The notes: generated by a model from the letters alone, not told the origin. Positions 50,944-64,000 are shown, counted from the stretch's first letter. The stretch is DNA of 64,000 nucleotides from Mobula hypostoma (GCF_963921235.1 NC_086107.1:108130001-108194000); one strand, 5' to 3'. Made by a program: numbers and translations.

Positions 50944-51433
50944 GGCTCAAAATCTATCCAAGACTGATGTGGGGAGAAACACCTTAATTCTCAGAGTAAC
51001 GTATCTTTGTAATTCTTTGTTGTTGAGTATCTTAGAGACGCAGCACAATTTACTGGAGGAAGTCAACAGGTTGAGCAGCATCAGTAGGGTGTTTGGATTG
51101 AAATCTTGCATCAATTGGGGTTCCAAATGCAAGATTCCGGTCCAAAACGTTAATCATTCCTTCTCCACCTCCCCTCCGCTCCCCACGGGTGCCGCCTGAT
51201 CCACAGAGTTCCTCCAGCAGACTGTTCGTTGTTCCGGATTCCTGCATCTCTTGTACCTCCGTACTGTGTCTCCAGCAATGGTGCGGTAGCGTAATGGTTA
51301 GCACGACGCTTTGCGGTACCAGCAATTCCCACTGCTGCCTGTCCCCTGATTAGGCTACCAGGGAATTGCTGGATGGCATGGGTCAAATTTATAAATAAAT
51401 AAATAGATAAATAGATAGATAGATGGATAAATA

Positions 51434-52200
51434 AATCATCATCATCATCATCAGGTGCCACGCCCAGATTGAGGTTTGACTGCCATGGCCCACACACTCC
51501 TGTTTCGGGTCAAGTGGATCAATTCATTTGTATTCATTTCCAGTTCTCTGGCTGCTGTCTCCATCATCATTTGTCTTTGTCTTCCTCTTGCTTTCTTCCC
51601 TTCAATCTTTCCCATAATTACCGTGCATTCTAACTCCTCTTTCCTAATCACATGTCCAATGAAGTTACATTGCCTTTTCATGATCTCATACCTTATTTCT
51701 CTTTTTGTGTTTGCTCTGTTCGTGACATCCTCTTAGATATCCATTTTGTCCATGATATTCTTTGCATCCTCCTCAAAAACCACATTTCTGCTGCTACAAT
51801 TCATTTCTTCATGTTACTAGGTATTGTCCAATGTCCTGAGCCATACAACATAACTGGATAAATGTAACATTTCAGTGCTCTGAGGCGGGTTGTCATGCCT
51901 AGTTTAGTGTTGGTCAGTATACTCTTCATTCTCGTAAAGGTGTCTTTTGCCATCCCTATTCTTCTTTTGATGTCCATGTCGCACCTGCCATCCAATGTTA
52001 CCCAGCTTCCTAAGCAGCAAAAGTTCTGTACTTGTTTTATGTCTTCCCCGTTTATTCTCAGCCTGCAGATAGGATTCTCCTTCTTTTTGGATATCATCAT
52101 ACAGTCTGTCTTTTTGCAATTGATATTTAGACCCATTTTTGCACTTTCTTCAACAATTATATCAATTAAGTTTTGTAGTTTTTCCTCCATACTTGCAAAT
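51434..52200 (-). mobile_element. RTE-clade (BovB-like) LINE 3' part
   Basis: ORFs with MGLNINCKKT..MMISK, FCCLGS, DIKRRIGMAK, FIGHVIRK, GKIEGKKARGRQR; (GAT)n tail. Confidence 0.9.
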
Positions 52201-52994
52201 AAATAGACTGAATAAATAAACAAATAGATAGACAAATAAATAAACAGATAGATATTTAGATAGATAGATAAATAAATAAATAAATAGATATTAGAACACA
52301 GGCTGGTAGATAGTTCAGGATGAAGAGAATAAAGAGATATGGAACACAAGATTAAACATTTAATATTCAAAATAATTTATTTTACGGGTGTAAAAGAGAA
52401 CTGAATGATTGCTACCTCAGATGCGATGCAGCCCAAAAAAACGTAATAAGCATAAAGAACAGAATAAAAAACAAAAAAACACAATCAATATAAATATAAA
52501 AGCAATTCTATCAAACACAATGTACATATGTACATACAGCAGGGCTGGGTGGTGTGCATGAAGCGATGGAGTGGGGTGGTGGGGGAGGGTGTTAATGAGT
52601 GGAGGTGTTGATCAGACTGGAGCTTTGGCCACAAGTTATAGGGTTAGTGAGGGAGGGGAAAAGATCAACCGTGAGCTTATCATTTTTGAGAAGCCTATTT
52701 CTGCTTCTATTTCTTAATTCTTGCATGCACCTGGTGTCAATTCCTCCATGACTGCAATTTATTGCTTGTGCAAGATTTTGGTGCGGCTGCATTTGGAATA
52801 ATGTGTTCAGGTTTGGAAAGATGCCACAAATCCGGAAAGAGCGCAGAGGAGATTTATGATGGTGTTGGAGAGACTCGGGATGATAGATATACTCTGCAGC
52901 TCAAGAAGCATCCATATAGAGAGATAAATACAGATATATAAACACTTCAGATCAATAGCCCTTCAATAGAACTGGGATATTAACACAACATAAA

Positions 52995-54580
52995 GTGGTG
53001 TATAGTCAGGGATTTATATCAGGCTTGTTTGAAGAAATCCCTGCCCAATTACCATCAGCATATAGGCTGTACCACCAGAGGTCCCAACACAACAGGCTAC
53101 TGCTATTCTAATATAAGGAATGCCTACTGTTCCATGCCTGGACTGCATTTCAGGAAATCTGATCACACGACTGTGCTTTTCCTACCTGCATACAGGCAGA
53201 GGCTAAAGAGCAGATCTCCAGAGATAGGGGTGGTCATGGGAGACAGAGGAGCAGATTAATTGCTTCAAGTCAGTGGACTCGGGGTATTCAAGACTCATCT
53301 GTGAATCTGAATCATGGACTTTATAAAAAACCGTTGTAGACGAATGTGTCCCCACAAAATCATTTAGAGCCTTCTCCAACCTGAAGCTCTGGATATACCA
53401 CGAGATCCACAATCTGCTGAGGGCCAGATCGGAGTCATTCAGGTTCGGCAACCAAGAAAGCTACAAGTGGTCCAGGTACGATCTCTGGAAAGCCATCTCA
53501 CTGGCGAAGAAGCAATTCTGGACTAACCTTGAGTAAATGAAAGTGCTCGACCGCTGTGACAGGGCTTGAACACTATCACCCGTTACAGAAGTGAAATCAA
53601 GTGACATAGCTGACCACAGGGCTTTGCTTCCAGGCGATCTCAATGCTCACTTTTAACCTTCACAACGTGGAGGAACCATCGTGAACTCCCACAGCCTGTG
53701 TTGACCCTGTGACTTCAGTCCCTGATGCTGATATGCGAGAAGCCTTCAGGAGGGTGAACCCATGAACAGCATCTGGCTCAGACCGGGTACCTGGCTATGT
53801 AATAATTTTCTGCGCCGATCAACTTGTTGGAGTGTTTGCTAAGATCCTTAACCTCACGCTTCAGCTTCCACCTGCTTCAAGTAGGCGTCTATTACACTGG
53901 TACCTCAGAAAAAAAGTGTCAATCTGCCTTAATAACTATCACCCAGTATCATCCAAATGGCACAGTAGATGTCGTTTCATTGGCTCTTCACTCAGGCCTG
54001 GAATATCTGGTCAGCAAAGGTGCATACAACAGGATGCTCTTTATTGACTACGGCTTGGCAATCAATGCCATCATAACCTCAAAACCAAACAATTAGCTTC
54101 AAAACCATTGCCTCAACACCTCCTTGTGCAATTGGGTCCTCGATTTCCTCACTTGCAAACCCCAGTCAGTCAGATTGGCAACAACATTTCCTCCACAATC
54201 TCTATCAGCAGAGGTGCACCACAAAGCTGTGTGTTTAGACCCCCCACCCCGCATCACAGCCTGGTATGGGAACACCAACTCACTTGAATGGAAAATCCTG
54301 CAAAATGTAGCGGATACGGCCCAGTCCAGCATGGGTAAATCCCTCCCCAGCAGTGAGCACATCTACACAGGGTGTTGTTGCAGGAAAGTAGCATTCATCA
54401 TCAGGGGCCACCACCACCACCACCAAGGCCATGCTCTCTTCTCGTTGCTGCCATCGGGAAGAAGTTACAGGACCCTTAGGACTCACAACAGTGGGTTCAG
54501 GAACAGTTATTACTCCTCAACCATCAGGCTCCTGAACCAGAGGGGATAACTTCTCTCAGCTTCACTTGCCCCAACTCAGT
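52995..54580 (+). mobile_element. Decayed Rex1/Babar LINE (APE end, RT, 3' end)
   Basis: HFRKSDH, RMLFIDY, CNWVLDFLT and ALFSLLPSGRSYRTL remnants. Confidence 0.85.
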
Positions 54581-56099
54581 CCTTGTCCTAATGCTACGGT
54601 ACCTCCTACCTAATGGTAGGGGTCAAAGAGACTTTTGGACAGGTGGGAGGGATCACTGACAGTGCTAAGGGCCCTGAGTATGCAGTGCTCCTGATATATC
54701 TCTAATGGATGGAGAAGAGACAACTAGGAGTTAGGATGAAGAGCCTGTTTCCATGCTGAATGACTATCATACTATTGTTTTTGTTAGGAAAGATCTGAAA
54801 GTCTGGTTTTCTCTCCACTAAGGTTGTATTCAGTCGAGCTAGGTTAAACCTAAACTTGTAAAGTACATCTAATGGGTTCTACGATTACACAGGCATGGGA
54901 AGCATAAAGAACTTTCCTCCACTGAGCATGGAGAAGGTAATTATCCCCTCAGTGAGTTGGTTAGATACTATTATGCTCCCTTTAAGCTCTGACAGATTCG
55001 ATGTACCGTACACAATCTTATTTAACATTGAACAGTATCGGACCATGATATTGTGCCAAACTTCTAACCTACTCTAACAGCAATCTAACTCTATCCTCCT
55101 ACATAGCTCCCCATTTTTCTATCATCCATGTGTCTATCTGAGAGTCCGTGATAGATCTGCTTTCACCAACACCTTGGCAGGGTATTTCATGCACCCCCAA
55201 CTGTTTGTGTAAAAATCTTACCTCTGACAACCCCCCCTCTACTTTGCTCCTTAAATCCTTAACCTCCTTAAAATTATGTCCTATTGTCAGCCATTTCCGG
55301 CTTGGTAATAAATCCACCAGCAAAAATGAGAAAAAAAGTGGCATTATTGATTAAGAGCTTTACCTGGTTTCTTCTGTATTTTACTGATTTATTTTAAAAA
55401 ATGCTGCAAGTACTCATCGATGGTGAAGAGAGTAACAACATTAAAATTTTATGACTTATAAAGATGACTTTGCAGATGAGACAATTGTTTCTCTGTCCAT
55501 GGATGTGCCTGATCTTGTTGGTACTTCCACATCTCCAGTGTGGACTAGAAAATACATCAGTGCTTCTACTTCCTCAGGAGGATAAGGAAATTCAACATGC
55601 TCCCCCATTAACTCACACCTGTTTTTTTATAGAAACCATCCTATTTAGATGCATCACAGCTTGGGATGGCCACCGCTCTGCCTGAGACCACAGGGAATGC
55701 AGAGAGCTGTGGTTGCAGCTCAGTATATTACAGAAACCAGTCTTCTTTCCATGGGCCTTGTCTACACGTCTTGCTGTTTCAGTAAAGGAGGCAGCAAAAT
55801 CAACATTCTCTATCACCCAGGACATCTTCTCTGTCCCAAGAGGCAGAAGATACAAACGTCTGGAAACGTACCAACAGGCTCACTATTCCACTGTTATCAG
55901 ACAACTGAATAGACCTCCTGGATAAGATGGACTCTTATCTAATCAATGATGATCAACCTTGTCATGGCCTTACACCTAAATGTCTGTCTGCTCTGCACTT
56001 TTTCTGTACTGTAACATAATGTCCTGCATTCTTCCATTGCTTTTCCTGGGACTACCTCAATGTACTGATGTGACAAAATGGTTTGTATGGATGTACTGT

Positions 56100-56403
56100 A
56101 TAGGCATCCGTTAGTCTCGTGAGACCATGGATTTGTGCCTTGGAAGGTTTTTCCGGGGCGCAGGCCTGGGCAAGGTTGTATGGAAGACCGGCAGTTGCCC
56201 ATGCTGCAAGTCTCCCCTCTCCATGACACCGATGTTGTCCAAGGGAAGGGCACTAGGGCCGATACACCTTGGCACTGGTGTCGTTGCAGAGCAACGTGTG
56301 GTTAAGTGCCTTGCTCAAGGACACACACACTGCCTCAGCCAAGGCTCGAACTAGCGACCTTCAGATCTCTAGACGGACGCCTTAACCACTTGGCCATGTA
56401 CCA
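56100..56403 (-). mobile_element. tRNA-derived SINE with a CORE-like segment and RTE-like tail
   Basis: Minus strand: TGGCCAAGTGG A-box, GTTCGAGCC B-box, then gtgtccttgagcaaggcacttaac. Confidence 0.75.
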
Positions 56404-56759
56404 ACACTTATGGATAGCATGCAAAGTAAAGTTTTTCCTGTAGTGCCCCAGATCACAGTGTTAAAGCATAGAACAAGGCCCTTTGGTCCGTCTACTCCGT
56501 GCTGAAGTATTATTCTGTCTAGTCCCATTGACCTGCACCTGGACCATAGACCCCCAATCCACGTACTTATCCAAACTTCTTTTAAACGTTGGAATTGAAC
56601 CCATATCCAGCACTTCTGCTGGCAGCTCGTTCCACACTCTCACCACCCTTGAGTGAAGAAGTTCTCCTCATGTTCCCCCTAAACATTTCACCTTTCACCC
56701 TCAACCCATGACCTGTAGGGTGAAACTTGATAAAGGTGACAATAATAAACCAATTTTAT

Positions 56760-59155
56760 CCATTTCAGATCTAGTGATGAGAGTGGATATAGGACCACTA
56801 GAAAATGAGGCTGGTTAAATAATAACAGGGGACGAGTAGATGGCAGATGAACTAAATGAGTATTTTGCATCAGTCTTCATTGTGGAAGACACTAGCAGTG
56901 TGTCAGGTATTGAAGGGTCCGAGGGAAGAGAAGTGAGTGCAGTTACTATTATAAGAGAGAAGGCACTCAAAAAGCTAAAAGTGACCCGGACTAATGACCT
57001 GCATCCTAGGGTTCTGAAAGAGGTAGCGGTAGAGATTGTGGAGGCATGAGTAATGACCTTTCAAAAATCACTGGACTCTGGCATGGTGCCAGAGGACCGG
57101 AAAATTGCAAATGTCACTCCACTCTTTAAGAAAGGAGGGAGGCAGCGGAACAGAAATTATAAACCAGTTAGCCTGACGTCAGTAATTGGGAAGGTGTTGG
57201 AGTCAATTGTTAAGGATGAGGTTACGGAGTACTTGGTGACACAGCACAAGGTAGGATAAGCAACACACATAAAATCTGCTGGTGAACGCAGCAGGCCAGG
57301 CAGCATCTCTAGGAAGAGGTACAGTCGACATTTCAGGCCGAGACCCTTCGTCAGGACTAACTGAAGGAAGAGTGAGTAAGGGATTTGAAAGTTGGAGGGG
57401 GAGGGGGAGATCCAAAATGATAAGAGAAGACAGGAGGGGGAGGGATAGAGCCAAGAGCTGGACAGGTGATAGGCAAAAGGGGATACGAGAGGATCATGGG
57501 ACAGGAGGTCCGGGAAGAAAGACGGGGGGGGGTGACCCAGAGGATGGGCAAGGGGTATATTCAGAGGGACAGAGGGAGAAAAAGGAGAGTGAGAGAAAGA
57601 ATGTGTGCATAAAAAAGAGTAACAGATGGGGTACGAGGGGGAGGTGGGGCCTAGCGGAAGTTAGAGAAGTCAATGTTCATGCCATCAGGTTGGAGGCTAC
57701 CCATACAGAATATAAGGTGTTGTTCCTCCAACCTGAGTGTGGCTTCATCTTTACAGTAGAGGAGGCCGTGGATAGACATGTCAGAATGGGAATGGGATGT
57801 GGAATTAAAATGTGTGGCCACTGGGAGATCCTGCTTTCTCTGGCGGACAGAGCGTAGATGTTCAGCAAAGCGGTCTCCCAGTCTGCAAGGTAGGATAACA
57901 TCAGTATGGTTTCCTTAAAGGAAAATGTTGCCTAATGAACCTGTTGGAATTCTTTGAGGAGATTACACGTAGGATAGATAAAGGAGATGCAGTGGATGTT
58001 GTATATTTGGATTTTCAGAAGGTCTTTGACAAGGTGCCACACATGAGGCTGCTTACTGAGTTAAGAGCCCATGGTATTACAGGACAGTTATTGGCATGGT
58101 TGGAGCATTGGCTGATTAGTAGAAGGTAGTGAGTGGGAATAAAAGGATCCTTTTCTGGTTGGCTGCCAGTCAGTAGTGGTGTCCGCAGGGGTCGGTGTTG
58201 GGACTGCTTCTTTTTATGCTGTATGTCAATGATTTAGATGATGGAATAGATGGCTTTGTTGCCAAGTTTTCAGAATTCCATGAAAATTGGTGGAGGGGCA
58301 GGTAGTGTTGAGGAAACAGGTAGGCTGCAGAAGGACTTAGACAGATTAAGAGAATGGGCAAGAGAGTGGCAAATGAAATACAATGCTACTATATGCATTG
58401 TCATGCACATTGGGAGTAGAAGTAAATGTGGAGACTATTTTCTAAATGGGGAGAAAATCAAAAAATCTGAGATACAAAGGGATTTGGGAGTCCTTATGCA
58501 GAACTCCCGAAAGGTTACCTTGTAGGTAGAGTCAGTGGTGAGGAAGGCAAATTCAATGTTATCATTCATTTCAAGAGGTCTAGAATACAAGAGCAGGGAT
58601 GTGATGCTGAGGCTTTATTAAGCACTGGTGAGGCCTCACTTTGAGTATTGCGAACTGTTTTGGGCTGGCATTGGAGAGAGTTCAAAGGAGGTTCACAAGG
58701 ATGATTCTGGGAATGAAAGGGTTATCATACGAGGAACGTTTGATAGCTCTGGGTCTGTGCTTGCTGGAATTTAGAAGCATGAGGGGGGGATCTCATTGAA
58801 ACCTCTCAAATGTTGAAAGGCCTAGACAGAGTCGATGTGAAAAGAAGTGTTTCTAGGACAAGAGGGCACAGCCTCAGACTAGAGGGGCGTCCATTTAAAA
58901 CAGAGTTGTGGGGAAATTTCTTTAGCCAGAGGGTGGTGTATTTGTGGAATTTATCACCACAGGCAGCTGTGGAGGCCAGGTAGTTGGGTGTATTTAAGGC
59001 AGGGCTTGATAGGTTCTTGATTGGACAAGGCTACAGGAAGAAGGCTGGGGAGTGGGGCTGAGGAGGGGAGAAAAGGATCAGCCATGATTGGGGGAGCAGA
59101 CTCGATGGGCCAAATGGCCTAATTCTGCTCCTGTATCTTCTGGTCTTATGGTCTA
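56760..59155 (+). mobile_element. Decayed CR1 LINE ORF2, split by a Penelope insertion
   Basis: IANVTPLFKKGG, YLDFQKVFDKVPH, PQGSVLG and a 3' tail; multiple stops. Confidence 0.92.
57260..57885 (-). mobile_element. Penelope-like element with 13-bp TSD
   Basis: caaggtaggataa at 57247-57259 and 57886-57898; hammerhead-like motif at 57323-57358. Confidence 0.9.
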
Positions 59156-59271
59156 CTGTATAGCATCAGTAATATTTACCTTTGTTTTCAGCTTCCACAT
59201 ACCTCTGTTGAAATATTTGAGATTTTGCACCAGTTTAATTGGGGCAGCACGGTGATGTAGGGTTAGCATAA

Positions 59272-61236
59272 AGTAAAAGCAAAAAAGAGGGCATTAAAGG
59301 AAGCCAGAACTAGTGGGAAGATAGAGGATTGGGAAGCTTTTAAAAACTTGAAGGAGGAAACTAAGAAGGTCATTCGGAAGGAAAAGATGAATTATGAGAA
59401 GAAGCTGGTGACTAATATCAAAGAAGATACTAACAGGTTTTTTTAAGTATAGAAAGGGTAAAAGAGGGTCGAGGGTAAATGTAGGACTAATACAAAATGA
59501 TGCTGGAGATATTGTAATGAGAGATGCAGAGTTGACAGAGGAACTGGATGCGTATTTTTCATCAGTCTTCAAAGTGGAAGATGTCTGCAGTATGCTGGAC
59601 ATTCAAGAGTGTCAGGGAAGTGAAGTTTGTGCAGTGAAAATTACAAGTGAGAAGATACTCAAGAAACTTAATGGCCTGAGGGTGGATAAATCTCCTGGAC
59701 CTGATGGAATGCACTCTCGGGTTCTGAAGGAAGTAGCTGGAGAGATTGTGGAGGCATTAACGATGATCTTTCAAGAATCGATAGATTCTGGCATTGTACC
59801 GGATGACTGGAAAATTGCAAATGTGACTCCGCTATTTAAGAAGGGTGGGAGGCAGCAGAAAGGAAACTATAGACCTGTTAGCCTGACATCACTGGTTGGG
59901 AAGTTGTTGGAATCAATTGTTAGGGATGAGATTTCAGAGTACCTGGAGGCACATGACAAAATAGTCCAAAGCCAGCTTAGTTTCCTGAAAGGAAAATCCT
60001 GCCTGACAAACCTACTGCAATTCTTTGAGGAAATTACAAGCAGGGTAGACAAAGGAGATGCGGTAGATGTGGTGTACTTGGATTTTCAGAAGGTCTTCGA
60101 CAAGGTGCCGCACATGAGGCTGCTTAGCAAGATAAAAGCCCATGGAATTACAGGGAAGTTACTGGCATGGGTGGAGCATTGGCTGGTCGGTAGAAAACAG
60201 AGAGTGGGAATAAAGGGATCCTATTCTAGCTGGCTGCCGGTTACCAGTGGAGTTCCACAGGGGTTGGTGTTGGGACTGCTGCTTTGTACGATGTATGTCA
60301 ATGATTTGGACTATGGTATTAATGGATTTGTAGCTAAATTTCCCGGTAATACAAAGATAGGTGGAGGAGCGAGTAATGTTGAGGAAACAGAGAGCCTGCA
60401 GAGAGACTTCGATAGTTTAGGGGGATGGGCAAAGAAGTGGCAAATGAAATACAATGTTGGAAAGTGTATGGTCATGCACTTCGGTGGAAGAAATAAACGG
60501 GCAGACTATTATTTAGATGGGGAGAGAATTCAAAATGCAGAGATGCAAAAGGATTTGGGAGTCCTTGTGCAAGATACTCTAAAGATTAACCTCCAGGTTG
60601 TGAAGAAGGTGAATGCAATGTTGGCATTAATTTCTAGAGGTATAGAATATAAGAGCAGGGATATGATATTGAGGCTCTATAAAGCACTTGTGAGACCACA
60701 CTTGGAGTATTGTGTGCAGTTTTGGGCTCCTTATTTTAGAAAGGATATATTGACATTGGAGAGGGTTCAGAGAAGATTCACGAGAATGATTCCAGGAATG
60801 AAAGAGTTACCATATGAGGAACGTCTGGCAGCTCTTGGGCTGTATTCCCTGGAGTTCAGGAGAATGAGAGGGATCTCACAGAAACATTCCGAATCTTAAA
60901 AGGCCTGAACAGATTAGATATGGTGAAGTCATTTCCCATGGTAGGGGATTCTAGGACAAGAGGGCACAACTTCAGGACTGAAGGACGTCCTTTTAGAACT
61001 GAGATGCGGAGAAATTACTTTAGTCAGAGGGTGGTAAATCTGCGGAATTTGTTGCCATGAGCAGCTGTGGAGGCCAAATCATTGGGTGTATTTAAGGCAG
61101 AGATAGATTAGTTCTTGATTAGGGTGAAAGCAGGGGAGTGGGGACGACTGGAAGAATTGGATCAGCCCATGGCTGCATGGTGAAGCAGACTCGATGGGCT
61201 GAATGGCCTACTTCTGCTCCTATATCTTATGGTCTT
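59272..61236 (+). mobile_element. CR1 LINE ORF2 (460-aa RT frame, catalytically dead) inserted in a V-SINE/HE1-like SINE
   Basis: ORF 59517-60899; FADD is changed to FPGN. The SINE head at 59241-59271 resumes at 61237-61430 (ccgggtgctctggtttcctcccacattccaaagacgt). Confidence 0.92.
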
Positions 61237-62018
61237 ATAATGCTTTACAGTACAGGTGACCCGGGTTCAATTCCCATTCTCCCCGTGACTGCATGGGATT
61301 CCTCCGGGTGCTCTGGTTTCCTCCCACATTCCAAAGACGTACGGGTTTGGTAGGCTAATAGGGCATTGTAAATTGTCTAGGGTTAAAACTCGATTGGAAG
61401 GAAAGGCCTAATCTGCACTGTATCTCAATAAATAAATAATCAATAATCAAAGTTTGTAAGTCCCCGTGTCACCGGTAATCTCATACATTACCACAGTTGT
61501 CATATGTCCCCTCTTTGAGGGAGGGCTGCCTCCTCTCATTACTAACCTTATCCATGGAATGGCAAATTCTACTAAAGCAAAAGGATTTAATAATTGCCAT
61601 AAATCCGTCTCAATGGGTCAAGCATTTTCACCGTCAATGTATCAAAAAATTATAGCTGTAGCTTTAAATATAATTAGCAGTTCTTCTCAGGTCATTAACC
61701 TTAAGCTAAAACACCATACAGTGTGAATCAATTCCCATTTATGAAGCCAGCGATGCAGATATCCAAATGCATAAATAATGAAGGACAGTAAACCTAATAC
61801 CAGCCATGCTTTTTGCAGTCAAAGCCATTACCAACTCCATCAAGGCCAAGATTAAGGCAGGGCGCAGTTAGGTAAAGATCTTCCTAAATTCCCACTGTTG
61901 CTTACAATAATGATACGCAGCCACAATGTAATAGTGATTTCCAAGCTGATAATTGAATGGGCTGTTACTTTTGGTGACCTTAATTGGTTAGTTAAACTAA
62001 GGGATGGTAAGTCTCAGT

Positions 62019-62589
62019 ACACTCAGTGGCCACTTTATTAGGTACACCTGTACACCTCCTTGTAAGTGCAAATATCTTATTAGCCGATCATATGGCAGCA
62101 ACTCGAGGCATAAAAGCATGCAGACATGGTCAAGAGGTTCAGTTGTTGTTCAGGCCAAATATCAGAATGGGGAAGAAATGTGATCTAAGTGACTTTGACT
62201 GTGGAATGATTGTTGGTGTCAGATGGGGTGGTTTGAGTATCTTAGAAACTGCTGATCTCCTGCGATTTTCATCATAACCGTCTCTGGAGTTTACAGAGAA
62301 TGGCGGAAAAACAAAAAAGGAAAATATATATATAGTGAGCTGCAGTTCCGTTGGAGAAAATGCCTTGTTAGTGAGAGGTCAGAGAGAATAGCCAGAATGG
62401 TTTAATCTGACAGGAAGGTGACAGTAACCCAAATAACTATGTGTCACACAGCAGAAGAGCATCTCTGAGTGCACAACACATCAAACCTTGAAGTGGATGG
62501 GCTACAACAGCAGAAGACCATGAACATACACTCAGTGGCCACCTTATCAGGTATAGGAGGTACCTTATAAAGTGGCCACTGAATGTGTA
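62019..62589 (+). mobile_element. Tc1-like non-autonomous transposon
   Basis: Termini tacactcagtggccactttattaggtac / ataaagtggccactgaatgtgta; transposase N-terminal remnant GKKCDLSDFDCGMIVG. Confidence 0.85.
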
Positions 62590-63144
62590 CTCCACACCTC
62601 ATACCGTCACTGACACAGTCCCTGTACTAGTGCACTGCCATGTGCCCTGCTTCTACCAGACGAGTTCCCCTTGCCAATATCCACCTTGTCACTTTATCAT
62701 TTCCTGTCAGAGTCACCTCATGTTCAGATGCTCCTGCACCTTGTGTCACTTTATGCATATACAATCAGTCTATGTACAGTATATAAACTAATATTGTGCA
62801 TTTACGGCCACACCCAACAGCTAGTTGTACATTGTGTTTTATAGGATTGCTTTTATATTTATTGCATTTTTAATGCTTATTGTTTTATATTATGCTGCAT
62901 CGGATCTGGGGAAACGATCGTTTCGTTCTGCTTTACACTCGTGTACTGAAGACTGACAGTGAACAATCTCGAGCCTTGAAAAGGCAAAGAGCAGCGACAA
63001 AATTCGCCATCACTTTCAAGGTACCAGTGCAGCCTTTGCCTGTTTGGGGAAAAGAATTGCCAAAGATCGAAGCTTCAAGCAAGTACAGAGCTTATTGCTT
63101 GCTGGGAAACAGTGATCTCCACTCTCTGGTCTTCTCTGAGGATC

Positions 63145-63440
63145 ATATCCTTATCATGGTGGAGAGGCTTGTGAGCTCCTGAGACCCCAAGAGTGATGCC
63201 GCCTGGAGCTTAAGCTCCTGCTAGGGTCACCCGTGGCAGTAAGGTCAATGGGGAGGGTCCAGGCAAAGAGCGATCCAACCGAGTCTTCAATGGTGTGCTG
63301 GAAGATGACGATGTACTACAACGGCAGTGAATGATCCTCAGTCATCTTGCATGCCATAATATGGGACCCTGGGCCGGGCCTGTCAAGGACTATGTGGTGG
63401 CTGCCCGTGCATGAGCCTCCCCACGCTAAACAAAGCCACA
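63145..63440 (+). mobile_element. RTE (Expander/Rex3-like) 5'-derived element
   Basis: Homologous to 14340-14640. Confidence 0.6.
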
Positions 63441-63710
63441 CACAAGCATCGTACCCAACTGAAGTGATCGCATTACTACTCTCCTGTGGGCTCCTGAGCC
63501 ACAGCCTACCTAAAGTAGAATGCTCAAAGTAAATTGATTATCAAAGCACATATATGTCACCATATTCAGCCCTGACATTCATTTTCTTGTGGGCCTACTG
63601 AATAAATCCATTATAGAATAATAACCATAATACAATCAATGAAAGACCGCACCCACGTGGGGCATTCAGCCAGTGTGCAAAAGACAACAAACAGTAGAAA
63701 TATGAAAAGG

Positions 63711-64000
63711 AACCATAGAACCATAGAACCATAGAAACTACAGCACAGAAACAGGCCTTTTGGCCCTTCTTGGCTGTGCCAAACCATTTTCTGCCTAGTC
63801 CCACTGACCTGCACACGGACCATATCCCTCCATACACCTCCCATCCATGTATCTGTCCAATTTATTCTTAAATGTTAAAAAAGAACCCGCATTTACCACC
63901 TCATCTGGCAGCTCATTCCATACTCCCACCACTCTCTGTGTGAAGAAGCCCCCCCCAATGTTCCCTTTAAACCTTTCCCCCCTCACCCTTAACCCATGTC
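63711..64000 (-). mobile_element. CR1 3' end with (ctatggtt)n tail
   Basis: ORF 63795-63986 (FFTQRVVGVWNELP); aaccatag repeated three times. Confidence 0.9.

Noticed and set aside
56320..56403. tRNA gene (also 13432, 13947, 31877, 42725)
   Set aside because: The A/B boxes run into SINE bodies and tails, copies are diverged, and there is no proper acceptor stem.

Overview
This window is repeat-dense vertebrate genomic DNA, not prokaryotic. The CR1, V-SINE/HE1-like, Rex1-Babar and Penelope complement suggests a cartilaginous fish, probably a ray (inference). The only host coding sequence I can support is two in-frame minus-strand exons (5637-5762 and 2455-2544) of a T-type calcium channel, best matching CACNA1I/Cav3.3 (domain III turret and pore loop, SKDGW filter). 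I found no upstream channel exon in 5763-64000, so the rest appears to be one intron of more than 58 kb. It is filled with nested CR1, Rex1/Babar, RTE, L1, Penelope, Tc1 and hAT relics, SINEs and satellites, plus a few repeat-free islands that may be regulatory. The most notable signals are: (1) Penelope terminal repeats carrying minimal hammerhead-ribozyme motifs, two of them intact and most in the channel's sense orientation; (2) TSD-flanked fold-back Penelope insertions, one about 80 nt from a channel splice donor and built from two subfamilies; (3) a GATA-site cluster overlapping an exon-like segment; (4) a multi-layer transposon nest containing a full-length Rex1/Babar LINE. I cannot demonstrate a wholly new biological system. 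Repeat boundaries are approximate, and family names come from motif recognition, not database searches.
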